From NCBI GenBank assembly GCA_048938855.1, contig JBHLLT010000002.1:1-64000 (forward strand): 64,000 nt of DNA. The letters run 5' to 3'. This DNA comes from Promethearchaeota archaeon (GTDB taxonomy: Archaea; Asgardarchaeota; Lokiarchaeia; Sigyniarchaeales; SOKP01). Under the pieces are notes generated by a model. The model was not told the origin of the DNA and made no database searches. It saw nothing but the letters and a program-made list of their open reading frames with translations. The position numbers and the translations under genes are program-made. Below, in pieces: positions 49,150 to 57,506 of the stretch. Within the stretch, counting starts at the first letter, position 1. Each line of letters begins with the position of its first letter.

Positions 49150-50052
49150 ATGTCTCAGACAGTTGCCGCATTTCAGCGATGCCCAAGATGTGGAAATGAG
49201 AATACAGCTGATAGTTATGCCTGCAATTTCTGTGGATTTAGGTTGAAAATAGAAAGAATTGAAAAAATTAGGTTTTTTAGGAGATATGAGGCAGAATGGA
49301 CAGGACCTTACCATTGGTATATGAAGATTTTTTATCTTTTTGTGAATGCACCAAAAGCCTTTCACGATATCAACCATAAAAGAAGTAAAGCCCCTGGATG
49401 GTTAATTCTTCTATTTTGTTCTTTGTTATATGGATTAATGGGTTTAGCAATTTTCTCACATGTTAGTATTACAGGAATTCCACCTTATACTTTTGGTCAT
49501 TTTCTTTATGGAATTGTTTTTTTCGCATCATTTTTTGTATTTGGTTTTTGTTTTCAATTAGTATTTTTTTGGTTTTTAATATGGGCATTTAGTAAAAGTG
49601 CTAATTATGCAGTTGGATTCACAGATAAATTAGAAAAACGCTTTGGTGGATTAAAAGAAGAAAAAGAAAAATATAAAGAAACAGAAATAAGTCCATTTAG
49701 TATATATAAAGGTGGAACGATGCTACAATTAGAAGGAGCATATAAATTCAGAATGATGTTATGTGCTTTTACACCATTTTTAGCAATAAATGCAATTAAG
49801 ATTTTAATAGTTGTTCTTGGATTCCCTACTGTCAATGATGTTAATCTTGATCAATTATTTAATGCGCCAACTTGGGCAGTTTTGGATGTAATCGATGCAT
49901 TAACTCTAGCTACATGGGTCCCAATTCTAATGACACTCGCTATAAGAGAATTAAGTAATTCTTCTACTACGCGTGTATTAATACCTAATATAATTATAGG
50001 TGTAATAGTAGCTATTATATTCTATTTCCTACGTCCAACATTATTTGGTTAA
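49150..50052 (+). CDS. Zinc-ribbon + Yip1-like five-TM membrane protein
   Basis: CPRCG..CNFCG; LFVNAPKAF..I lead-in followed by five hydrophobic helices. Confidence 0.65.
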   Translation: MSQTVAAFQRCPRCGNENTADSYACNFCGFRLKIERIEKIRFFRRYEAEWTGPYHWYMKIFYLFVNAPKAFHDINHKRSKAPGWLILLFCSLLYGLMGLAIFSHVSITGIPPYTFGHFLYGIVFFASFFVFGFCFQLVFFWFLIWAFSKSANYAVGFTDKLEKRFGGLKEEKEKYKETEISPFSIYKGGTMLQLEGAYKFRMMLCAFTPFLAINAIKILIVVLGFPTVNDVNLDQLFNAPTWAVLDVIDALTLATWVPILMTLAIRELSNSSTTRVLIPNIIIGVIVAIIFYFLRPTLFG

Positions 50053-50116
50053 ATTTATTAGCTTTCAATCAAAACGAAATATTAAAATCCTCATTTTTTA
50101 CATATTTAGTTGTAGT

Positions 50117-50737
50117 ATGACAGAAGAATCTAATACTCCCGATATTGAATCAAAAATAGAATCTGAACTATTTGCTTTAGTTAAATCAATTACTAATTTA
50201 AATATAAAATATCAAAAAGGGGTTGTTAATCAAAATTTCTTTAAAAAAGCTTTAAAGACGACTATGAATAACTTCATAAAATTAAATTTCACTTTAGAAG
50301 AAAATAAAATTCAGTTGGCAGATCTCCTCAATAGAATGGATTTTACTGAAGAATATAACTCCGCTATAGAGATCATTAATCGAGTTTCATCACTCAATAT
50401 ATCAGAAGAAAGTATTTCTCCAAAAAATCATACATTTTTAGAATTACCAGGAATTACTTCTGAAATAACAACGTCTTTCATAACTCTGATGGATGCGTTA
50501 ACGCTAGAAGGTTTATCAAACAACAATTTAATAATAAATTTATTTGAGGAATTAACTGATAATTTAAGTAAATTCCCGGGATTAGATGATATTCTAATTA
50601 GGGTTGAATCAGTTCAAACCAAAACGCTAAATCACACCAACCAATTATATTCAGATTTACAATTGAAAGAAAAATTAATAGAAGATTTATATCAAATTTT
50701 CAAAGATTTTCAAAACAAGCTACGGGTAAATTCTTAG
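50117..50737 (+). CDS. Vps28-like ESCRT-I subunit (start moved to ATG 50117)
   Basis: ELFALVKSI..L...Y.KG.V and SEITTSFITLMDAL.L match Vps28 N- and C-domain motifs (LF..I.T...LEKAY; FIT.MD.L.L). Confidence 0.75.
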   Translation: MTEESNTPDIESKIESELFALVKSITNLNIKYQKGVVNQNFFKKALKTTMNNFIKLNFTLEENKIQLADLLNRMDFTEEYNSAIEIINRVSSLNISEESISPKNHTFLELPGITSEITTSFITLMDALTLEGLSNNNLIINLFEELTDNLSKFPGLDDILIRVESVQTKTLNHTNQLYSDLQLKEKLIEDLYQIFKDFQNKLRVNS

Positions 50738-50827
50738 GCAAAATAAAAAAATTAATATTTTTTAAGAAATTTCATTTTATATAATTTAATTATTGAATTT
50801 CTAAAGAAGAGCATAAGGTAATTTATT

Positions 50828-51106
50828 ATTCCACGTCCAGCATTACGATCTAAATCTCAAGCACGAAAAATTGTCAATACACCCGGGAACAGAAATGTAA
50901 CCCATTATTGGAGAAAAAAACCAACAAAAGCAAAGTGTGCAATATGCAAAAGACCGCTTCAATCTGTTCCAAGATTGAGACCTTCTAAAATGATTAAAAC
51001 TCAAAATACAGCCAGAAGGGCAAATCGAACAGAAAGTGGAAGATATTGTGCAAAATGTCTTCAAACATTAATAAAAGAGACGGTTTGGAGTCAAAAAACA
51101 TCTTAG
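50828..51106 (+). CDS. rpl34e: Ribosomal protein eL34, 92 aa, apparent AUU start; not in ORF track
   Basis: Own translation: (I/M)PRPALRSKSQARKIVNTPGNRNVTHYWRKKPTKAKCAICKRPLQSVPRLRP...ANRTESGRYCAKCL; precedes cmk and rpl14e. Confidence 0.95.
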   Translation: MPRPALRSKSQARKIVNTPGNRNVTHYWRKKPTKAKCAICKRPLQSVPRLRPSKMIKTQNTARRANRTESGRYCAKCLQTLIKETVWSQKTS

Positions 51107-51198
51107 AATTTTTAAATATTTAATTCTTTTTGTGGAAAAAATCTTAAGTAGGTTATTTCTTAATTCAATTAGATATTACGTTAATATATTTTCATAAA

Positions 51199-51732
51199 AT
51201 GATCATAACAATCTCAGGACTCCACGGAACTGGCAAATCTACTATTGCTAAATTAATTGCTGAGAAATTAGGAATCCAATATTATAGTACTGGCCAAATT
51301 TTTCGAGATCTTGCCAAAGAAATGAATATGACTCTAGAGGAATTTACTAAATATGTCGAAGAAAATCCCGATATCGATGAAAAACTAGATAATAAAATAA
51401 TTGATATTGCTCGCAAAGGAAATATAATTATTGATAGCCAATTAAGTGGTTATATCCTCAAAACCATAGCAGATTTTAAGATATTATTGAATTGCTCACT
51501 AGAAACAAGAATTAAGCGTATGGCAGATAGAGATGATAATGACTATGAAGAAAAGGTCAAGGAGACAATGATTAGAGAAAAATCAGAATTGGAACGATTT
51601 AAACGTCTCTATGATATAGATTTAAACAATCAAGAAGAATTAGACCAATTATATGACCTTATTATAGATACAGAAAATCTTACAATTGAAGAAATTTTGG
51701 ACAAAATTCTGTTGTTCATAGAAAAAAAATAA
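51199..51732 (+). CDS. cmk: Cytidylate kinase (archaeal type)
   Basis: ITISGLHGTGKST, G.IFR.LA, RE.SE..RF..LY.ID; synteny L34e-cmk-L14e. Confidence 0.93.
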   Translation: MIITISGLHGTGKSTIAKLIAEKLGIQYYSTGQIFRDLAKEMNMTLEEFTKYVEENPDIDEKLDNKIIDIARKGNIIIDSQLSGYILKTIADFKILLNCSLETRIKRMADRDDNDYEEKVKETMIREKSELERFKRLYDIDLNNQEELDQLYDLIIDTENLTIEEILDKILLFIEKK

Positions 51733-51871
51733 TGTTTCTGTTTTTCAAAAAATCGAAAAAATTTTATGGTTATTTTGATTTTTAAAATTACTAAAAATGT
51801 TATATGTTTACTGGATATAGTAAACTCCCAGTAACGTAGAAATAATTAAAAATAATTTGGTGACAAATTAT

Positions 51872-52144
51872 ATGAGCGTTTATGATATTGGAAGATTATG
51901 TGTAAAAACAATGGGAAGAGACGCAGGACATTATTGTGTTATTGTTGATGTAATCGATAAAAATTACTTGCTTATTGATGGTTTAAAGATTCGAAGAAGA
52001 AGGGTAAATTATAAACATATTGAACCAATTGCAGAAACAATTAATATTAAAAAAGGAGCTAAACATGAAGAAGTCGAAGCTGCAATAAAAACTGCTAAAT
52101 TAGAAAAAAAAATGAAAGAAATAATGTCTATACCAATAAAGTAG
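51872..52144 (+). CDS. rpl14e: Ribosomal protein eL14
   Basis: IGRLCVK..GRDAG..CVIVDVID.NY.LIDG, RRRRVN.KHIEP. Confidence 0.96.
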   Translation: MSVYDIGRLCVKTMGRDAGHYCVIVDVIDKNYLLIDGLKIRRRRVNYKHIEPIAETINIKKGAKHEEVEAAIKTAKLEKKMKEIMSIPIK

Positions 52145-52191
52145 CTTCCAGGTTAAAATTCCAAACAAAATTTTTTATTTATTTTTAATTT

Positions 52192-52355
52192 GCAACGGTT
52201 GCCTAGCCCGGTATATGCATGGTGCATAAACGCACCAAGTTCGGAACGGCGCCGGCTTGGAGTGGAAGTTATCCCAGAAAGCCGGTGTGTGAATGCACTC
52301 GGGGGTTCAAGATATAAGAAAATACTTCTTATAAGAATAAATCCCTCCCGTTGCG
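52192..52355 (+). tRNA. tRNA-Ser (anticodon GGA) with three introns (21/22, 37/38, 58/59)
   Basis: GCAACGG/CCGTTGC-G acceptor, CCGGC/GCCGG anticodon stem, long variable arm; removing 52214-52246, 52263-52279 and 52311-52340 gives an 84-nt class II tRNA. Confidence 0.92.
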
Positions 52356-52382
52356 CTTTTTTCTTCATATTAACTATTTGAG

Positions 52383-52976
52383 CTAAACATCTGGAAATTC
52401 CAAAGATTTTGCTTTTTGACCAGCAAACATTCCTCCCATACTACCAGAAGCTTGACTTTGAAGTTTGAGAAGCCTTTGAACAATAGTGTTAAGTCCTAAA
52501 GAACAAAGGAAATACCATGCGGTGAAATTTATAAAACGAGGACCTGCTGCGATAAACGCGCCAATTAAGGGAACATCATTTGCATTCATAGGAGACAATG
52601 CAACAGCTTTACCAGTAAATAATGTATTTACAAAAAAAAAGATAATGATCATTGGAAGAAATGTTACACAAGCTGGCTTCATTCTTTGCAGAGACATCCT
52701 TTGTTGAGTTTGTTTAAACATAGCATCTTTGCGTTCCCATCTTTTTCGAGCCTTTCTATAGCGTTCAGGGTCGATCTCTGCTAATTCAATTATTTTTTGC
52801 TTCTCTTCTTGATGAGCTTTAATTTGTATCTGTTTGCGGTTTAATTCATTGGTGTCTACCAATAACTTCGTTAAAGCTGCAGTAATTAAAGCTGTAGTGA
52901 CAGCTAATAGTAGAACAGCTAACATTGAACCTGGGGGAGTAGTAATAAAGTCCAAAAAGGCATTTTGTAACAACAT
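52383..52976 (-). CDS. DUF106 / EMC3-TMCO1 family membrane insertase (Oxa1 superfamily)
   Basis: TM - coiled coil - KP..VTFLPMII TM - WYFLCS motif; downstream of secY. Confidence 0.9.
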   Translation of the reverse strand: MLLQNAFLDFITTPPGSMLAVLLLAVTTALITAALTKLLVDTNELNRKQIQIKAHQEEKQKIIELAEIDPERYRKARKRWERKDAMFKQTQQRMSLQRMKPACVTFLPMIIIFFFVNTLFTGKAVALSPMNANDVPLIGAFIAAGPRFINFTAWYFLCSLGLNTIVQRLLKLQSQASGSMGGMFAGQKAKSLEFPDV

Positions 52977-53181
52977 CTTTATATTTTAATATCTCGAAAT
53001 TATTTTAAAGTTTTCATTTAGTATTTTTTTTGATAATTTTCATCTAAAGCATTTTATATTGTCTGCTAGCAGAAATTATTTTACTGAACACAATAATCCT
53101 AAATTATAAGTTTACTTTTTTTTTTTTTATCTCTAGAGATATTTTCTACGCTCAATTAGAAGAAAACAACTGAACCGTGAT

Positions 53182-54696
53182 CTAATCCATTCCTAACATT
53201 GCCCGCAAACCGGGATACTGTGAGGCAGCTAACTCCTTTGATATTTGTTCAGCATATTGGTGAATTATCCCTATAGCTATAAGAAGGCCCGTACCAGAGC
53301 TCAACGCACCTAGAGTATCTGCGCCAAAACTGAGACTAGCGATAATAAAGCCGTTCAAAATGACGAGAGTAGGTATATATCTTTTCAGGATTCTTTCGAT
53401 TACCTTAGAGGAGCTTCTAAATCCGGGAATCTGCATTTTTGAATCTATAATTTGTTGAGCGATATCACGTGGCGCCAGGCCTGAAACTTCGACCCAGACA
53501 CGGCCGAGCATTACACATAAAACTATAAATATCGCTAAATAAATAAATCCTCTAGCTGGATTTAAAATAAAGTCATCTATTCCCCTTGGTGGAGTAAGTA
53601 AATATACTAGTCCTCCCGTTGGAACAAGTTGGGTGCCTTGAGTTGATCCACCTTGTACTTCGTTAAATGTGCCTATCAAGTTAACCCAGAAATCGGGGAT
53701 AAGCCCCCCATTCTCAGCACGTATTCCAGAATGTGGACCAGCAAGTAATTGTGCAAAAAATAATATATTTGCATACAATGCATTGACTAAAATAACAGGA
53801 ATGTTTGAAACATAAAGTAATTTCATTGGATATTTACTTTTAAAGCCTCGACTACCACGATATGCCAACGGTATCTCTACACGCGTTGATTCGAACCAAA
53901 TTACAATAACAAAGATCACAATGGTAGTAATTACACCTAATAGAGACGGATATCTATTACCCGCACCAAAAACTCGGATAAATAGTGTGTTTAATTGCCC
54001 TGCATTGTCAGGATTACCATCAAACAATGCTTGAAAGAATGCTATTACAACCCCTCTAGCTAACCCATCAGCAGGATTATCTGTTGCCGTAGGTAGGGGT
54101 GTAGGAATAAGACTAAAACAGTTCCAAAAGATTTGTCCAGCAATACCTGCAGCTATGAACAAAGAAACACCACTTCCAAGCCCCCAACCTTTTTGGAGGA
54201 CTTCATCAAGTAAGATGATAACAATTCCTGCAAAAAGTAATTGAAAAAACACAAAAAATGCTCTATCTATAGCTAATGGTCCAAAAGCTCCACCCATAAT
54301 ATATGCTGTAGCATTGAAGATTGTTAAAAATATGGAAAGTACTTTTTGTGCTCCACTAAACATTGCTCTATCATATGGATCAGACATATTTACTTTGATT
54401 ATTCGAGAACCAAGAAGTAATTGCATAATTAGTCCAGCTGTGACTATAGGACCAATACCTAATTCTGTTAACATTCCCCTCTGACTAGCAAGGATAACCC
54501 TTAGCCAATAAAAATAATCTGTTGATTGTTGAATATTTACACCATAGAGGGGAACATTGCTCATAAGTAAGTAAATTATCAAAACAATAGCAGTCCAGAT
54601 AAATTTCTCTTTAAATGTAACTTCACGTTGTGGCTGTTTTATTTCTGGCATTATTTTTACAAACGGAGTGAAGAATTTAAGGAACTTACCAGGCAT
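53182..54696 (-). CDS. secY: Protein translocase SecY/Sec61-alpha
   Basis: EK..WT, ELGIGPIVTAGLIMQLL, GWGLGSGVSLFIA, YP.KLLYVSNIPVIL, SGTGLL. Confidence 0.98.
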   Translation of the reverse strand: MPGKFLKFFTPFVKIMPEIKQPQREVTFKEKFIWTAIVLIIYLLMSNVPLYGVNIQQSTDYFYWLRVILASQRGMLTELGIGPIVTAGLIMQLLLGSRIIKVNMSDPYDRAMFSGAQKVLSIFLTIFNATAYIMGGAFGPLAIDRAFFVFFQLLFAGIVIILLDEVLQKGWGLGSGVSLFIAAGIAGQIFWNCFSLIPTPLPTATDNPADGLARGVVIAFFQALFDGNPDNAGQLNTLFIRVFGAGNRYPSLLGVITTIVIFVIVIWFESTRVEIPLAYRGSRGFKSKYPMKLLYVSNIPVILVNALYANILFFAQLLAGPHSGIRAENGGLIPDFWVNLIGTFNEVQGGSTQGTQLVPTGGLVYLLTPPRGIDDFILNPARGFIYLAIFIVLCVMLGRVWVEVSGLAPRDIAQQIIDSKMQIPGFRSSSKVIERILKRYIPTLVILNGFIIASLSFGADTLGALSSGTGLLIAIGIIHQYAEQISKELAASQYPGLRAMLGMD

Positions 54697-54937
54697 TTTT
54701 AATCAGGAATATTAATTTTTTCGATTGTATTATTTTGAGTTCACTTGAGCAAATAACAAATTCTAAAAAATGAAATGTAATAAAAAAAAAAATAGATTTT
54801 TAAAAAAAGTTTACTATTTGAAAACGGAATTTTTATGATAACCAAATAGTCAATTGTTATATTTAAAAAAAAATAAATAAAAAATATTAACTTCTTTGAG
54901 ATTGAAAATATAAATATCTTCAATAAATGGGAGTTTC

Positions 54938-55228
54938 TTAGAAGAGACTTCCAATACCGGTAGGTTCTTCTTCTTCTGGTTCTTCTTTCTTCTTCTTTTC
55001 TTCCTTTTTCTCTTCTTTTTGAGCTCCTTTTGGAGCAGCAGCAACAGGTGCAACACTTGCAGATTTTATAATATCTTCAATCTTTGTTCCTTTTAAACCC
55101 GCAATTAGTTTAGATATTTCAGTTTTATCAATTTTAGCACCCGCGGCAGTTAATACTTTTTCTACGTTTGATTCGGTAATTTTACCTCCAACTTTATGAA
55201 GTAATAAAGCTGCATAAATGCTTTCCAT
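54938..55228 (-). CDS. rpl12: Ribosomal stalk protein aP1/L12
   Basis: ME.IYAALLLH..G, Ala-rich hinge, acidic tail G.GSLF. Confidence 0.96.
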   Translation of the reverse strand: MESIYAALLLHKVGGKITESNVEKVLTAAGAKIDKTEISKLIAGLKGTKIEDIIKSASVAPVAAAPKGAQKEEKKEEKKKKEEPEEEEPTGIGSLF

Positions 55229-55302
55229 TTTATTTAACCTCTTTTTTATTTTTTTATCATTATTTTTGTATTTTTTAATTTACTTTTCAAAAAAATTATA
55301 AT

Positions 55303-56199
55303 TTATCCAAAGAGTCCTCCAATTCCAACGTCTTCTTCTTCAGATTCCTCTTCTTTTGGTTTTTCTTCATTGTCTTTAATCTCTTCTTCCTCAGTAAGAA
55401 CTTGAATCCCCTCCCCGAAGATAATAGCATTTAGGCTATTTGCTTCAGAAACAGCTTTTCGAATATAATCTTCGGACATATCTTCTATAAAGTAGGGCAT
55501 CTCAAATAGAATGGCTAATGCTTCTCTATAAGCCTTTGCAAAATCTTGTCTAAAATGTTCTATATCCATATACAAGATATCTTCGGGTACAATTTCACCA
55601 TCACTCCAAGCAAAGTGAATTTTAATCAAGGATTCTATCGGAGTAATTCCTAATTTTTTCAAAACTGCTGCCTGTTTTACGTCTACAATATCACCCGCTT
55701 TATGTGTTCTTGTATCCTCTCGAACGTGAATAGTATCATTCATAATTCTGGTTGGTAATCGTAATGTCATATTCAACTCACTAATAACTTGCCCTGTTGG
55801 CAATCCAGTATCCCCCGCAGGAACCCAAATATCCACGGGGGTGACTTCATTAGGTTTTGCTGGAACCATCCACTCGTTTTCAAGGAATATATTCTTTAAT
55901 TCAAAGATATCAAGATTAGTAAAAACTAAACTCGATTGACCTGGGATATGATTAACAAATTCATCTAAATTTTTCTTTTTAGATTCGTTTTTGAATTGTT
56001 CTATTGCACGGAGTTGAAGAGATTTTTTAGACATTCTAAATACTGCTTTTCCTCTTAGAATTTTCCGCATTGTTTGTATTTGCATATCGTTAATATGAGC
56101 AACTTCGATCACAATAACATTTTTATAATTTTTAAATAAATCAACCAATTGATTAATTTCATTTATTTTCCATTGTGGAATATGCTTATTTTTAATCAT
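55303..56199 (-). CDS. rpl10: Ribosomal protein uL10/P0
   Basis: IPQWK, Q.MRK.LRG, VPAGDTG, L.KLGI.P, acidic tail GIGGLFG. Confidence 0.96.
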   Translation of the reverse strand: MIKNKHIPQWKINEINQLVDLFKNYKNVIVIEVAHINDMQIQTMRKILRGKAVFRMSKKSLQLRAIEQFKNESKKKNLDEFVNHIPGQSSLVFTNLDIFELKNIFLENEWMVPAKPNEVTPVDIWVPAGDTGLPTGQVISELNMTLRLPTRIMNDTIHVREDTRTHKAGDIVDVKQAAVLKKLGITPIESLIKIHFAWSDGEIVPEDILYMDIEHFRQDFAKAYREALAILFEMPYFIEDMSEDYIRKAVSEANSLNAIIFGEGIQVLTEEEEIKDNEEKPKEEESEEEDVGIGGLFG

Positions 56200-56203
56200 A
56201 AGT

Positions 56204-56932
56204 TTACACCCCTATTGTTTTTAAGAATTCTTCTGTTACTTTAACAGGTGTCCCCATTGTAGACTTTAAATACATTGATTTAAAATTATTGAATCTATGA
56301 GGCATTTGATCTGCTATAAAATTCACGACAGTTTTCATATTTTCAAATAAATGTTCAGAGTTCATAGATTTTTTTCCTATCTTGGCAAATATAATAGGTT
56401 GCTTTTTCATCTGAATTCTAATAATTTTTTTATATCGTTCATAAGCTACTCTTAATTCATCTGGACTGGAAATAATTCCATATCCTGTAGGGAAAGGTTT
56501 GGGTATTTTACCGACGGGACCAAGGAATCTTGCTAGGTATCGAGCAACATCTCTCATCATTTTATCTTCTACGATAAAAAATTCATACTTTTTGGCAAAC
56601 TTTTTCTTAATCTTTTTTTCTTCGTTATTTAAATTAACTAAACCATCTGAATCAATGGTATCAATACCTAATTTTTTTGCTTCAAGCAATATCTCATCAG
56701 AAGCAATCACACAAATATTAGGTTTATCATTTACAGTGATATCATTAGATAAGATAATTTCCTTATCAATTCGGTTTTTAGGATCATTTAAATTAACATC
56801 TTTAATATTAATAATTAGGTCAATAGATTCATCAAATTTTCTAACTTTATCTTTAAAACCATCTTTTTTTATAACTGAAAAGTCTATAGCAGCATTTAAT
56901 GACTTTCTTAATAATTTATCATCTACTTTCAA
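56204..56932 (-). CDS. rpl1: Ribosomal protein uL1
   Basis: RKFDESIDL.IN, LGP.GK.PKP, Y.KSTMG.PV. Confidence 0.96.
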   Translation of the reverse strand: MKVDDKLLRKSLNAAIDFSVIKKDGFKDKVRKFDESIDLIINIKDVNLNDPKNRIDKEIILSNDITVNDKPNICVIASDEILLEAKKLGIDTIDSDGLVNLNNEEKKIKKKFAKKYEFFIVEDKMMRDVARYLARFLGPVGKIPKPFPTGYGIISSPDELRVAYERYKKIIRIQMKKQPIIFAKIGKKSMNSEHLFENMKTVVNFIADQMPHRFNNFKSMYLKSTMGTPVKVTEEFLKTIGV

Positions 56933-56938
56933 TTTTAA

Positions 56939-57506
56939 TCATTCACCTCTTATTTTATCATCATACTCTCCATTGTCAATTCGTTTTTGAATAATCCTAG
57001 GATCCTCTCCTTCTACTGTTATACCTACTGACAATGCAGTTCCCAGCACTGTTTTTACTGCCGCTTTATAGGTCTTATCCAAAAATTTCTCTCTTTTACC
57101 TTCGACTACATTTTGAATTTGCTCAAGTGTCAAATTGCCAATTTTTTTCTCAGCTGTAGCAGATGTACCTTTTTCAGCACCAACTTCTTTAAGCAACAAT
57201 GATGCTGTAGAGGGTGTTTCAATGAAAATTTCAAACTGTTTTGTTTCTGGATCGCATTCTATTCTTACGGGTACAGTTAATCCTTTAAAAACCATCGTTT
57301 GCTTGTTTATCTCGTCCACTACGTCTTTAATATTTATACCTGTGGGGCCTACGGAGGGGCCTTTACCATTGCTTGACAAAAGCGATATGCTTTATGTAAT
57401 AGGCGGCCCTCCTGATGCATTTGGGGTCTAATCGAAACGATTATTAAAGATATACACTCCCACCAGTCACAAGAGCCTTAACAATAATTTTACCTTTATC
57501 ACTCAC
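56939..57506 (-). CDS. rpl11: Ribosomal protein uL11, 164 aa after splicing of three exons: 57506-57457, 57419-57399, 57362-56939
   Basis: Joined exons (50+21+424=495 nt) read [44 protein letters not shown]...; GTG start with GGTGA 6 nt upstream; heads the L11-L1-L10-L12 cluster. Confidence 0.9.
57363..57398 (-). other. rpl11 intron 2 (36 nt, relaxed BHB-like)
   Basis: GGAGGGCC-GCCU-AU^U...UGGU-AA^A-GGCCCCUCC: strong exon-exon helix, 3 of 4 central pairs, internal hairpin AAAGC/GCUUU; in-frame UAA. Confidence 0.82.
57420..57456 (-). other. rpl11 intron 1 (37 nt, BHB-like)
   Basis: UGGG-AG^U...CCCA-AA^U: perfect 4-bp central helix with two 3-nt bulges; internal hairpin UAAUCG-UUU-CGAUUA; contains an in-frame stop and shifts the frame. 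Confidence 0.85.

Noticed and set aside
50843-51064. 73-aa minus-strand ORF
   Set aside because: Antisense shadow of rpl34e.
52153-52381. ORFs 52153-52368 (-) and 52190-52381 (+), or an SRP-like RNA in this GC-rich patch
   Set aside because: The patch is fully explained by the triple-intron tRNA-Ser.
56939-57379. ORF-track L11 starting at TTG 57379 (MSSNGK...)
   Set aside because: The start lies inside intron 2, gives non-homologous residues and omits the conserved N-terminal strand and GPP motif, which are encoded upstream behind a well-spaced SD.
56499-57431. Plus-strand ORFs 56499-56990 and 57135-57431, and the other short antisense or alternative-frame ORFs inside larger genes
   Set aside because: They overlap well-supported genes and show no recognisable motifs.
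57363-57456. rpl11 as a pseudogene or programmed frameshift
   Set aside because: All three exons are undegraded, both inserts are discrete structured blocks with stops, and BHB-register excision restores the frame exactly. A frameshift cannot skip 37 and 36 nt. An assembly artefact cannot be excluded without reads.
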